This document shows, piece by piece, positions 37,995-50,440 of a DNA stretch of 64,000 nucleotides (position 1 is the stretch's first letter; every line of letters starts with the position of its first letter). This DNA comes from Marsupella aquatica (lineage: Eukaryota > Plantae > Marchantiophyta): NCBI GenBank assembly GCA_973895155.1, contig OZ316899.1, positions 16,519,974 through 16,583,973 of the forward strand, read 5' to 3'. The position numbers and the translations under genes are program-made. The notes under the pieces were generated by a model, which worked only from the letters and a program-made list of their open reading frames with translations, was not told the origin of the DNA and ran no database searches.

Positions 37995-40900
37995 TCAAAC
38001 CTCAACTCCCCTTTGGATTAGATCGGAAACTTCAGCGACAGTTAAAACAGGCTGCTTGACTACATCGGAAGTCTCTAGGTTCAAATGGTAAACATTCTTG
38101 TAAATCCAAAGAATATGTTTACAAGACATGTAAGGCTTTCCATGCGAACGCCGCTTATAGAAATCCTCACAGGAGCAACATGGGAAGACGCACAACTGAA
38201 TCCAATATTTACTACATTTACTAGGGTTATTTTCATGCGTCGCAATCAAAAACTGTCTTCCCCATCCATTTCCTTGGATGATCTTCTCACAAGCCACAAT
38301 CCTCATTTGCTCTTCATTTGCAGACTGAATCCTTTTAACAAGTTCTGCAGTGAAGTTGAAACGTTGACGAGCACCCTTTCCATTTCGTGTCCTGAGTCGT
38401 CTATTCAAATAGTTTACATCAACCTTTTCTGGGAAAGAGTTAACGTCAATTCGAAGTTCCACACGACCTGGAGGAGCAACACTGCCATCTGGTTCACAAT
38501 CCATGTAATAGAGACCATCAATCTGAAAACCCAAGCCAAGCAAGAAGCTGATTTCATGAGGAGTTAACTCTGTCCCTCGAAGAACTTTTAGAGATGAGGG
38601 TACTACGGGAAGTTGGGCAATTGACTTGCGACCCCTGGTCTTGTGACAGACATTGTTTGGGCATAAGTATAAGAGTTGAGGATGTGGTGAAGTCATCCTC
38701 AAACCATGGATTGCTACCCCAACCACACCGCAAGACCAAGTATGATAACCTACTTCTTTGATGAAGTTTCGACACTCATCTCTTCCAGAAATGGTCCGAT
38801 CCAAAGACCCATTGCACACTGGACCATTTCCTTTACCGCACCGCCTTAAGTGCCAAGTACCAAATGGGACATCAACTTCATTTATCGCAGGAATTTGCCT
38901 CGGTGAAACATAAACTGGTTCCTCTGGACGAACAGGAGATACATGTTGGCGGGGCAATGGTTTAGGAATTTCCAAAGTGTCATCTCCTGAGCTCTCAGTG
39001 CCATTCCCTTCGTTATCGGAAAGAAGAATCACGACGGATGGATCTGGACAATTAGAGAATGTTGAAGGATGGGGTATGCCCGAAGTTTCCTTCAACTCGT
39101 CCCTCTCTTCCATGACATTGACACTCCTGAAATCAGAATATAAATTTCTTGGATGTACACCCCTTGTCACCGCCTCCGTCCGCATCACCTTATCATGTCG
39201 ATGAGAATCTTCAGCACCAACTCTAGCCGAAGCCTGGCCTTTTCGTTTTCCAGACTTTGTGCATAGATCTCCATGAAGTGGTTGAGTGCGATGGAAATCA
39301 TATTTTGGAGATGATTCAAGTAGAAGATTGGTTGCTTTCTCAAAAGCATCAAGGGATCCTAGTGTATCTGCATTCCTATATGCAAGTTCAAATATGGTAG
39401 GTCCGTGTCCCCTGTGGCATCCATCAATGTATGCAGCAAAGGCAACAATCTGCCCACCAACACGATTTTGATCAAGTTCACAAGCTTCTAGCAGTCCAAT
39501 CTTCTTCTTCATTTGACAAGCTCTCATTGAACCATGTACAGATTCAGCTCCAGTACAATTTGGCATCAACGCTGACTCCTTTGTTGTTTGAGTCTGAAGT
39601 CCAACCAAAAACAAACACAATCATTGGGAGGCACAAACTTGATTTCAAGATTACATTCAAACAAGAACAGAATGCTAGCGACATTGCTAGCCAAAAAACA
39701 TGGTTTACTTACCAGCCTGAAGAAGTTTCCCCATTGTCGCCATCGGACAACCCACCAAGCAATCCAGCCTTGCAAAGATCTCAATTTCCCAGGGTGACAA
39801 TTTCCACACTTCCACCACTCTTGAATATCGTTTGCCACTCTGTATGCCTGAACATATGTGGGTGCATTCCTAAATTTCTCCCACATTTTGTAATGCTCGG
39901 AGTGTTTCGCTTCATGAATTCCCTCCATGGTATGACGTCTTAGTGACTGAGAGAAATGGAATGCATCACTGTGTTCTTTCTCAGGGAGACGAACACCATC
40001 AAAGAAAACATTTCTCACAGCAATCCATCCAGCTTCAGCATTGTCAGCCATAAAACCAGCTATGTTTACATTGGAAATACCATTCTCAGCAACGACTTCC
40101 AACATTAAACGCCATGCAGTTTCTAGTGACTCAACATCCTCGGCTTTCAATTCACAAGTGAAGATAGTACAAAGAGCGCGATAAGTGTGATCGTATACAT
40201 GAGCACTAAAAGTTAACCAACCAGTGGTTATTCTGTGCATCACGTCAAAACTCACCCAAGCTCCCTCTAAAGTTCCACCTTTTTGCATCCGATTGAGAAT
40301 GTCAACTCCGGAACCGGGACCTTTGGTACTCATCTTGAATACATGGGCCCTAATGGACTTGCCAGCTTGGCCAGGGAACAGGAAACGCTGAAGAAATGGA
40401 AATCTCACGGGCATTTGCATGTCACGAAGCGAATCCAACTCACCTTTCTTAGGGTTACCAATTTTAACGCTGCGGAAAATTGCATGGAATTTTGCCGGCG
40501 AGGACACAACTTTCATTGAGTTCCACAATTCCACCTCCTCTTCTTTTGAAAGATCATAACATGCCTCAGGGTGGAGAAGCGATATCAATGTACCTATTGA
40601 AATATTCTTCACACGGGAAGGGGTTGCCAAGGGATGTGCTAACTGAACGCCTTGAATAACATCTTCCGCTTTTTTTTTTGCAACTCGACACTTCCCCGTC
40701 CGGATCGGATGATCATGAACTCCCATGTGGACTGCAAGTCTAGACATGTGTTTGGAGACATGAGAGTCCAAATTTGGCTTTGCATAAACATAAAACATCA
40801 TTGTTGGACAAGGTCTGACACAATAAGGTCTCTCATCACAAAACCCACAAACCAAACCTCCTTCCGGAACCAGGTTTCCTGGCTTGAAGATATCGGTCAT

Positions 40901-41782
40901 AAGTGATCTTCCTGGAAATGCCGCTCCATTTTTCACTCCTGTCTCCTTGAACCTTGAACAATTCAAATTTTGACATTAAACAACACCACTGCAACGGACC
41001 TTGAAAATAGACCAGTGATTACGTGGCTTCAAGTTAGCCAAAGTGGTCACCAATCGGGTCCAAGGGTAGCCATCATTGTCACGGTCCATGTCGAGAAGCC
41101 CTTGACCGCGACCAAATCTTGACTCCACTGGAGGAAGCTCATATACCATGTCTCCATTGTAACTTGTTGGAAGACGATCAACTTGGACATCAACCCAAGA
41201 GACATCTCTTCTAAATCGTGCTAGCTCACTAGCCCCAGTAATGCTCAAAAATGCTTCAAGCGCACCAATTCTGTAGACTTTCTGCAAAAGATGGCCAACC
41301 GGAGCACTTGGAAGAGGAGTCTCTACTTTCAATTCTGTAGAACAACTTCCAAAAACAGAATTAGTATCCTCAAGAGTGGTAAACCCAGAACCAGAGGCGT
41401 CAAGATTTGTTCCTTGCCCCGGGGGAGAGTCGAGGTCTACAAACACTTTTTCCCGAGTATTCTGAAAAGGCTCGAGAAAATCATCTCTGCCTGACAAAAC
41501 CTCAACAACATCTCCGGAAGCAACCTCCCAAACTCTTGCACCATGTAGAGTTCTTGAAATGAATTCGTCCTTCCTAGATCCATGAAGTGAAACAAGAAAG
41601 AACAACCTCGAAATGAAATCACAGTTATTGAGCCCAAATCTTGTCAAAAGAAAGGCCTCGGTCACATTGGTGATCTTTCTCATACATGAAACTTCAAGAG
41701 TAACAATGTCTCCAGTGCTCCGACGCCAGAAAATGACGCTCGGAGCCATCAAAAGAGAACCAAGACAAGGATCCAAACACAA
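37995..41782 (-). pseudogene. MULE transposase: WRKY/GCM-type Zn DNA-binding domain, DDE core, C-terminal SWIM finger
   Basis: DGYPW...CSGVV*C.N..C...CGFC...PC...GVHDHP; VSFDVMH, FMADNAEA, DAFHF, GAESVH; SWIM CSCEDF...CKH. Phase-0 intron 39712-39594 and an in-frame TAA at 40976. The 5' end is uncertain. Confidence 0.85.
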
Positions 41783-43153
41783 ACATCATGGATGAATATA
41801 TAGAATAATACTCGGACACAAACATCATGGATGAATATAGAATAATGGAACGTCAGTTTAATGTTGCAGATACGACAAAACCTCAACGGCTATAATACCT
41901 TCAAGAAAGAATTATTGCCAGCGATATCGCTAGCCTAAATTTTCTCGAATAATGAGGTGCTTATGAACCAGAATTTTAGTGTTTACTCTTTAATTAAATG
42001 GCCTATTTTATTTTGACAAGAAGTATGGTGAGGGATATACTAGCACATTTCCTGAACTTGGGGTATAGTTGGGGTGTACTAGGACGCTAAATGAACTTGG
42101 AGCTTTGTGTTCAAAGATAGTTTTGCTAGCGACCTCGCTAGACATAATTAAGGTAAGTTTTCAGTGTTTAAGATCCATATTTTTTATATTTGAAAACATC
42201 ATGTTCACCAACAACATGATATAAACAGAAGAGAGGAATCTGAGATGTCCCGTAATTAAACCATTCATAAAACTTCAATAAGGCCAGCGATACCGCTAGC
42301 CTGAACCCGCAGAAATTTTCATATACTTTTATTTCTGTTTGGGGGTCAATTCAGGAATCCAGAACCTAATATATTTCCTAAATGTCATAACATAGTAGTT
42401 AAACCGAGAGCTTTTAGTAGAGGGGGTTAACAGTTTCAAAGATTCTGTAGAGTATTAAAGATTTTCAGAAAGCATTAAGAGCTCATTTTAAATGGACAAA
42501 CATCATATTAAGGGTTTAGGGTTTACAGTGATTTGGCCAGCGATGTCGCTGGCAAAAAACTGTCTAAATACTGGGCTTAAACAACGTATGGGGTTTGTCC
42601 ATTTTTCCATTAAAAAAATCCAGACTCGTTCCAAATGGTGACCAAGTGCATCTACGTGCACCAAAGATTCAAAATTATATTACCGTTGGAAGGGTTAACT
42701 TGATTTGAAAGAGTACATTTCATAAATACTTTGGTTTATTTATTCCATCGGCATATATATTTTTTTGGAGAATGGTTAGTTTCAACGGACACCCAACCCA
42801 AGTTGGTCACCTAGAGATTAATTGTCTCCAACCCGTTGAAGTTGAATGTACATTTCATCCGACCGAGTTGTTGGTAAATACTAACTAGACTCCAAGTTAA
42901 CGTTAACTGGAGCTTTGTTAACGTTAGTGCTGGTGGGATTAACAGAGTTGAGATCTTGTTGATGGATCTTTCACATCAAGGTGTTAAATATTGATATTCC
43001 CTGTCACTGTCAAGTACACTGTAGTATGGGTTACTTTGGATTCCCCTGAATTCTTACTTTGGATTCCCAACACATGTGACTTTGGATTCCTTTGCATTCA
43101 CCGTACCAATTCCTTGTCTTCCCTTCGTGTGGTTCTCTTCTCCTTATCAGTCG

Positions 43154-46100
43154 ATGGCAACTTTTGCATCTCCTGAGTCTATTTCATCCGTTGCCTCACA
43201 ATCAGCTGCCTCTCAACGTCGGGAGACCAGAAGTTCTACAAGCCACAAAGCACTTGCTTCGGGGCTGAAGACTCCAAGGAGGCGAAAGCTTGTTGATCCA
43301 ATGGATGTTGTGCCACCTTTGATGGATTCTACCAAGTCCGAGCCTTTCTCAGTTGTAATTAACCGTCACCTTTACCAGTTTGGGCCAGACAAATTTGGGT
43401 ATCCTCTTGTTCCCCCAAGAATTCCACTATGTCGAATGCAGAACATGCAGCTCGTAAGGTCTCTGCAGACAGATTCGAATGCGATAGAGACTCTTAAGAG
43501 CGAGTTCCGAGCTCAAGGGTACATTGAGGACGCGCCTCGTTTCTATGTGCAAATGACAAATGAGAATGGGGACATGCAGTTTTTGAATGACACAATCAGA
43601 CAGAGCTGGGATCCAATGTGGTTGGCGTAGAATGAAGCTTTTGAGAGGGAGTGTGATTCGCATCCTGATTTTGCTGTGCTCAAGGATAAGATGTTTAGTG
43701 TATTCGATGGCAATCACCGTCTCTATTCGTGGAACCTACTTGCTGTTGAGAATCCTCACGATGTGAAGTATCATCCTCGAGTTGTCTCGAAGATTTTCAA
43801 AGGAGAGAAGGATACTTTCGTGCAGATTGAATCTGCGATGCATGCTCTCAACCGGTGAGAAGAGCCTGGACACATTTGATCTTTTTGCTTCATTTTCGGG
43901 CACAATTTGTTCTTGCCAATTGCTGAAATATATACTCATTGTCAGGTTGACACAATGCCATGTCGAGAATTCATGGGTGCTGGAAGCTGATCGGGTCCAG
44001 AAGATCCTGAGCACGGACCTTTCAATTTACAAGGATTGAATTGATCCGGAAAATTTCAAGTTATTTCAGCAGAAGATGCAAAACGTAAAGAAGCCGTCGT
44101 GGTATTTGAAGCATATGACCTTAGATGCATGCATTTATATTCTTTCTGCTGCAAATATAGCTTCGCAAACTGCTGACTTGTTAAAGAAGTTTGCACTGAA
44201 GGAGGAATTGGGCAAACCTCTGTCGAAAGCTGCAAAAGACATTGCAGTTCAAGATATGATGAAGGAGCAACTCTCCGACTGGAATGTCAAAGTTCCAAAG
44301 TTTGCCCCGCTCTTGAATCCAGACTTTGGGGATTTCTTCAAGAAATGTGTTGAGATGCATAATTATTGTGAGAAAGAAAGGAAGGAAGCTCAGCGGACGG
44401 ATGATAAGGGGAGAGGGAATGTTTTGTGTGGCCTTGATTGTGCAAGGCTTTTCACCGGGGTAACTTCTTTGAGTCCACAACTCCGTTGCACTCTTCTCGA
44501 AGCACAGTGCAGACCAGAGTTGCGTAAACAATATTTTCATCCATCTCAATTTTTGGATAATGAGACCAAGCTCTGGTTGCATCGATGGGCAACATGGGAA
44601 CAGGTAGAGTCCATTGCGAGGTGCTTACTAAGTGAAGCAATATCTGAGATTATTCTCACTGTCCCTGAATCTAGAATTCTTTCTTCCCCGGAGAATAGTC
44701 AGGCATCCCTCCTTGCTGAAATTGATGATGAATTAGAAGATTTCCTGCAGTGGGTTAAGGTAAGGTTCTTCAAGAGCATTTGGACCCCAATAGTTGGGGA
44801 AAAGATTGACATTGTTTCTTTCCATCGGAGGGCAAAAAGGTATGTTTGTAGGTTTTTTGTGGATCGTGAGGTGGCAAATAGATCGTTTTGGTGGTGTTAC
44901 CCGACATGTTTCTCTCAATGGGCTCAATATGCAAGAGATGATTCCAGTTGTGAGAAGTTTGGGGAGTACTCGATGTACCCTATTGAGGACATTGAACCCT
45001 TGCGGAAGATAAGTGAATGGGAGGTGCTGCATTGTCCCTGGTATTTAGATTCGGAGAATTGGTCACTGACATTTGATGTCACAGAGAAAGCTGCGCTTCA
45101 AAAGATCAATCGTGGCTTGGTCCCAGAATTTTTTATTAGTGAATCTAAATTGTGCAACCCGGAAGTAGAACTTGCTGGGTGTGTGTCGATGGAGCAGGCA
45201 TGCCTCGGGGTGGCACCGAGTGTGGATAGGAGCCGCCCTCGGAAATTGAAGAGAGACGCTGCCAAAGAGGTATCAAGAGATGGCTCTATGCTTTCTGGAA
45301 AGAAAAGTAAGTATATACTCTTATTGCTCCCAAGCTCTCTTCTCTTATCTCTCCCAAGCTGCTCTTCTCATTAAGTTTATGACATATCCTAAGGCTCTTA
45401 GGTTTCTCTTTGTATCCAGAATGGAGGAAGTCTTCAGGTTCCGAGAGTGTTCAGACTGTGAATAATGGTCGTCCGGAGGATCATGTGGAGCCTGAGTCAC
45501 CCGATTTTGAACTTGTGACTAAACCGGGAGGTGATAAGTCAGGGTCCCAGAGGTTGAAGAAGAAGAGAAAGGTTCAAGTGTTGTCAGATTCTGATGAGGA
45601 AGAAGTGTCAATCCGAGAGGGTGTCGCGAGGCTCTGTGGACTCCAGTTGGATGGAAGAAGACATTTCCTTGCAAAGAGTAATCTTCGTTTGATGGCTGAC
45701 TCGATAAGTATGAAGAAGGTTCGACCTGCTTGGATGGGGGAGGGGGATCAATGGCTTTCAGATATTTCTAGTTCTTCTGAACACCCAAATCCCTTAAAAA
45801 TAAACGGGAAGCCTTACACTGGGACCGGTGCCCATCTGGGGTTCATAGCTCTTCCGACTGGGCTGAGGCCTCGTGTTACTGATGTGGAAGTTCCTCAATG
45901 GAATGTCTGGGTGGAGAAGCTCCCTTACTATTTCTTTGGAGTGATGAGGCCAATGTTGAGTGATGATGGGTATGTGGCCGTTCTCCACAGTGGAGAATTT
46001 AACCACACAAAGCAAATTTTTGCTGCTGTTGAACAGAGGAACAAATTTAAACATCTTCGAAAGTACCATGTTTTATTGGGGTCCCCGATGTGGATACCAG

Positions 46101-47215
46101 ACATGAACATTGAGGTGAGATTTGACTGAATTTCACAGGATTTAGTATGCTGTTTTGACAGCGATCTCGCTGGCCTTCCTGGATTCATGAATTGACGGTT
46201 TTTTTGGTTTTTTCCAGGTTTGCAACTTAAGCCTGGATGTCTTTTGCCGAGTTGAATTCAATGGGAAGATCCCAAAGGACCCGAAGTATGTCCCTCTGGC
46301 AACGTCTGAAGATGCATCACATAAGACGATGTTGAGTCTTTGTTATCCAAAAAGGGATACCAGGGCAGAGTTAGCTTTCTCTGGTTCTTGTCGATTATCT
46401 GTTGGATTCATGCAGGCTGTTATGGAGCTTCTCACAAAGCCTAGAGACATTGTGCTCGATTGGAATATTGGAGACGGTAGTTCTTTTTCAGCTGGAGAAC
46501 TCTCTGGGAGGTTTGTTGTTGGGGTCGAGGACAAGGATGTTCTCCATGGTGCTGCGGAGAAGGCATTGAAGAGTGTTCTTGAGAGACACAAGAAAATTGA
46601 AGACCTCACTGAAACATTGGAGGACCTCGATTCAGATGATGAATTTTCTCTTGCAGGATCAAAGAGTGCAAAAAACAAAGATGGAGCTCCTAATGTTCCT
46701 GATGCAAAGGATGGCGATGATGAATTTGACCTGGAGTAATGTACTGATCCTCTTGCTTATACCAGATCCCCTTGCTTTAATCAATTGGTTGGTGAAGCTT
46801 GCTATTGTCTTTTGATTGGATTTGTCATTCATATTGCTGTGATTTTGTTCCTGATTTCAGAGATACTCGTGTCGACTGGTTTTCTAAAGAGAGATTTTGG
46901 CTTCGAAGGAAGGTTGAAGAATCTTCGATTGTTTCCCCTCATAAGACATTTACTCTGCCTTGCTATGCAGAGAAATCGGCAATTCAGGCGGATAATGCTT
47001 TTGTGGTCACTTGGGAAGGCAAAGGTCGTAGGTCACATCGTGGAGCCAAACAAAATTTGTATTGCGTGCCTTTTGTTGACGATGAGGCATGCTTTGTTAA
47101 GCAATATGTTGATGAGTCTGCTGAGTCAACTTATCGGGATTTCAGTAGTGACCAGAGCAATACTAGTAGTAGGAATGATATAGAGTCGGATGAAAGTCAT
47201 TCAAGTGACTTATGA
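43154..47215 (+). pseudogene. MULE accessory gene: ParB/Srx-like N-terminal domain plus degenerate beta-class N4C/N6A methyltransferase-like domain
   Basis: Phase-consistent exons 43154-43854, 43946-45306, 45420-46114, 46218-46739 (or splice at 46735 to 46861-47215). Motifs VFDGNHRL, AHLGFIALPTG, RPMLSDDGYVAVL and LLTKPRDIVLDWNIGDGSS...GRFVVGVE. Stops at 43628 and 44037. Confidence 0.7.
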
Positions 47216-48558
47216 TTTTCTAGGGAATCAAAGGATAGCTCTGCAATGTTTACTCAAACTTACTGTCAGTTTTGACAAAATATTGGAGGCAGTACATTTT
47301 TTGGAAACATGACTTATAAAACGGGTTGATATCTGAGTTCATTGATTCACTATGCATTTTCATATCCGCCTGGTGTTTCACTTGTGTATATTCATATGGT
47401 TTGTCAATGATTGAAGGCTAGCGACCTCGCTGGACATAGAATGGAATGATCCCATTCTGGAAAAAAGATTCATTTCTATTGTAGAAACCTCACTATCCTC
47501 CCAATCTGCCACTCTGACCATTAGTTTTACCTCGCTAGCAAACATTAACCTCGCTGTCAATTTCTCCTGTTTCCTCACACCATACAAACCCCCCCTCAGG
47601 ACATGCTCATGGCCCAATTAGCGTAGCTTGTCCCAAAGCTTGTCCCAACACGCCGGGACCAGAACGGCCCCAACTCTAGCAACCGCTCCCGGTTTGCCCT
47701 ACTGGTGGTCTAGGAGCCAAGCACCCTTGGAACTCAGCCTCCGCACTTACTTGGCCTTGCCTCCCCAACGCAAGCTCCCTTGATAGACTGAACACGGTTT
47801 GGCTGCTGTTTGGCAGGATTTGGCAAACGGGCGAGCTAACACCCGCAAACCACAAGAATACACGGCACCCCCAGACCCAGCTGAGCTCAGGAGGGCGTGT
47901 CACGATTGCCACGGCTCACGACTTTGGCTCGCCCTTAGCCCCCAGGGAGATACCACTCCCCTCATATATGCTTCTGGAGACCTGTCACCCCCGGACCAGC
48001 TTTGGTTCCTAAACTTTGGCCTCCAACCCGGATCCTATCGCTCATAATGGGCGCGCCACCAACTAGCAACGCCCATAACTTTCTTGTTAGGCATCCGCAA
48101 GCGGAGTGCCTTAGTCCATTGTGACCGGGCCGACCCAGTGCTCATGCCTAGGCCCTCAGGTCTCATCGCCGCTTGGGGTCCCCGACCGGCCTAACCCGGA
48201 TCAGGCCGTAACTTGCGCCCCAAGCGTCCGTTGCCCATGGCGTCAATTCCATTGGCCTTGGGCCCGAGAGGAGCTCACTCCCAAGCCCTCCGAACTCAAA
48301 GTCCATCCGGCGGTCCAGACGACCATCCTTGAGCCTGGCCCATTTCCCCCTGACCCGACCAGCCATAGGCTAGTCCAAGTCCTTAGTGTGTGCCCCCAGC
48401 TTGGCTCCTTGCCTCGCTAGTGCCACGTCTCATTGCCCACAAGTCTCCCCACGCTAAGTCCTCCCCGGATGGCCTCTCCGGGCCTGGACCATAAGGGAGC
48501 TCGGCGTCGGAGTCAGTGACGCCGAAGCTAAGTGTTAAGGTAGTCGAGTTCCGTGACT

Positions 48559-50392
48559 CAACTCCTCATGCGCATGTCGCACCAAATGTACTCGTTGTGA
48601 TGGTTTTGGTACCACCAACACCCTACCATCATGCAGTACTCTCAGAAGATGGTTTCCTTCCCATCAAAACCTCTTGGCTCTTTGCAGAACCCTGTCACGC
48701 TCCTTGGCATCAGCACTGCCAACAATAGAACCACTGCGCAGATATTCTAACACTCTCACATCATTGTGAATATCTTGTTATCCAGAAGTTACCTCACCAA
48801 CATCCACATCTGGAGACTCATCATCCACTCTATCCAATGGGATAGAGTCCACAGATCCACTGTATGTTGGCACCCAACAAAGAAAGGCAGATGCATGTCA
48901 TCCTGACACCATCTCCTTATCTGACTCATCATGCCATCTGGCTCCAGTCCCATCCTACTGACTGGTACATGGGTTGCGGCTCAACCCATCTACATCCAAG
49001 TTCACCTTTCCGGGTCTATGTACAACCTGGAAATCATATTCCTGCAACAACAATGCCCATCTTGCAAGCTTCCCAGTGAGCTTGTCAGACTCCATTAACC
49101 ACTTGAGAGGCTGATGATCAGTGATCAAGGTGAAGGGGTTACCAAACAAGTAGCAACAATGGTGTGCAGCAGCCCACACTGCTGCCAAACACTATACTTA
49201 GCCCCTCTGCTGAATTGTTTGATCTACTGGCATAAGCCAAAACAAACTCATTCCCTTCATCATCCTTCTAAGTTAGCACTGCTCCAAGTCCTACTCCACT
49301 CCAATCAATGTGTAGCTAAAATGGTCTGCCTGAAATGGGTCTTCTCAAAATAGGGGATGATGCCAACCTTTGCTTCAACTCCTAAAAGGCATGCTCCTGG
49401 TCATCACCCCAAATCCATTCCTGATCCAACTTAGTGAGTATGGTCAAAGGTTTAGCAAGCTGGCTAAATCCTTTAACATACCTCCTGTAGAAGCTCGCCA
49501 ATCCCAAGAATGCACAAACTCTACTCACATCAGTAGGACAAGGAATCTGTGTAATGGCCTCCACTTTAGTCTGCTGTACACCCAATCCCCCTGGGTATAT
49601 AGTGTGGCCCAAATACTCAATTTGGTCTTGGAAGAACTTACACTTGCTAGGATGGAGCTTCAACCCATGTGCTCTCAATCTCTCCAATACAATCTGCAAG
49701 TGCTGCTGATGTTCTTCCACAGTAGAAGAATAGACCAAAATATCATCAATATAATATCTGACAAAATCCAAACCTGCAAGGATTCGATCCATGACTCTCT
49801 GGAACTCAGCTGGTGCATTCTTCAACCCAAATGGTAAGAATAACCACTGATACAATCTTTGCCATAAGAATCAATCCCCTTAGAATGCTGTCTTGGACCT
49901 GTTAGCCTGCCTAATTGGAAGCTGATGGTATCTTGCCCTCAGATCCAATGAACTGAAAACCTTTGCATGCCCCACAACATCAAAGATCTCCTCAGGTGTG
50001 GGCATGGCATATCTATCAGATTTTGTCTGGCGATTAATGAGTTTGTAATCACCACACATGCGCCTATTTGTGTAATTGCCATGCACATCCTTCTTGGCTG
50101 GCATCACTGTGGCAGATGCATACTCCCTATATGAAATCTCCACCAATCCAGCCTCCAACAAATCTTGAGTTCTGCTTTGAATCAGAGCTCTCTCCATGTC
50201 ATTGTAACGGTATGGCCTATAAAAGATTGGCGCATCACTAGCCAATTCAATCTGAATACCAGAACCCTTTAATGTCCCCAAATCCTTCATGCTAAATGCA
50301 AAACAATTACAGTAACTCTTCAGGAATCGATGCATGCGACGTCTCTCCTCCCCTGTCAACTTAGGGCCAAGCTGTGGTTCCCAACTCTCCAC
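48559..50392 (-). pseudogene. pol: RT, RNase H and integrase N-terminus of element B
   Basis: RMCGDYKLIN, LPFGLKNAP, YIDD, TDHQPLKWL, RWALLLQEYDF and VHRPGK.N..DGLSR. Confidence 0.93.
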
Positions 50393-50440
50393 TAAATCCC
50401 TAATATCTCTTTGTAGGGTAGAAGAGATAGCCGATGATTG

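Larger units (their letters stand above)
37797..47434. repeat. Dispersed 18-bp palindrome GCYAGCGA-NN-TCGCTRGC (8 copies plus half-sites)
   Basis: Copies start at 37797, 39674, 41917, 42125, 42283, 42536, 46157 and 47417. Half-sites near 37389, 47529 and 47548. Confidence 0.9.
37245..47593. mobile_element. Mutator-like element (MULE) with short degenerate TIRs
   Basis: 9-bp TSD CCTCAGGAC at 37236-37244 and 47594-47602. Ends are GGG...GCGAGGAAACAGGAAAAA and, reverse-complemented, GGG...GTGAGGAAACAGGAGAAA. The A LTR is continuous across it. Confidence 0.92.
13398..48558 (-). mobile_element. Ty3/gypsy chromovirus element A, full length with nested insertions
   Basis: TSD CAACT at 13393-13397 and 48559-48563. 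LTRs of ~1.5 kb at 13398-17117 and 22778-48558, both interrupted. PBS, PPT and gag-pol-chromodomain are present. Confidence 0.95.

Noticed and set aside
43154-47215. Bacterial or phage contamination as the source of the ParB-MTase-like gene
   Set aside because: It has phase-consistent GT-AG introns and lies inside a TSD-bounded element within a plant LTR.
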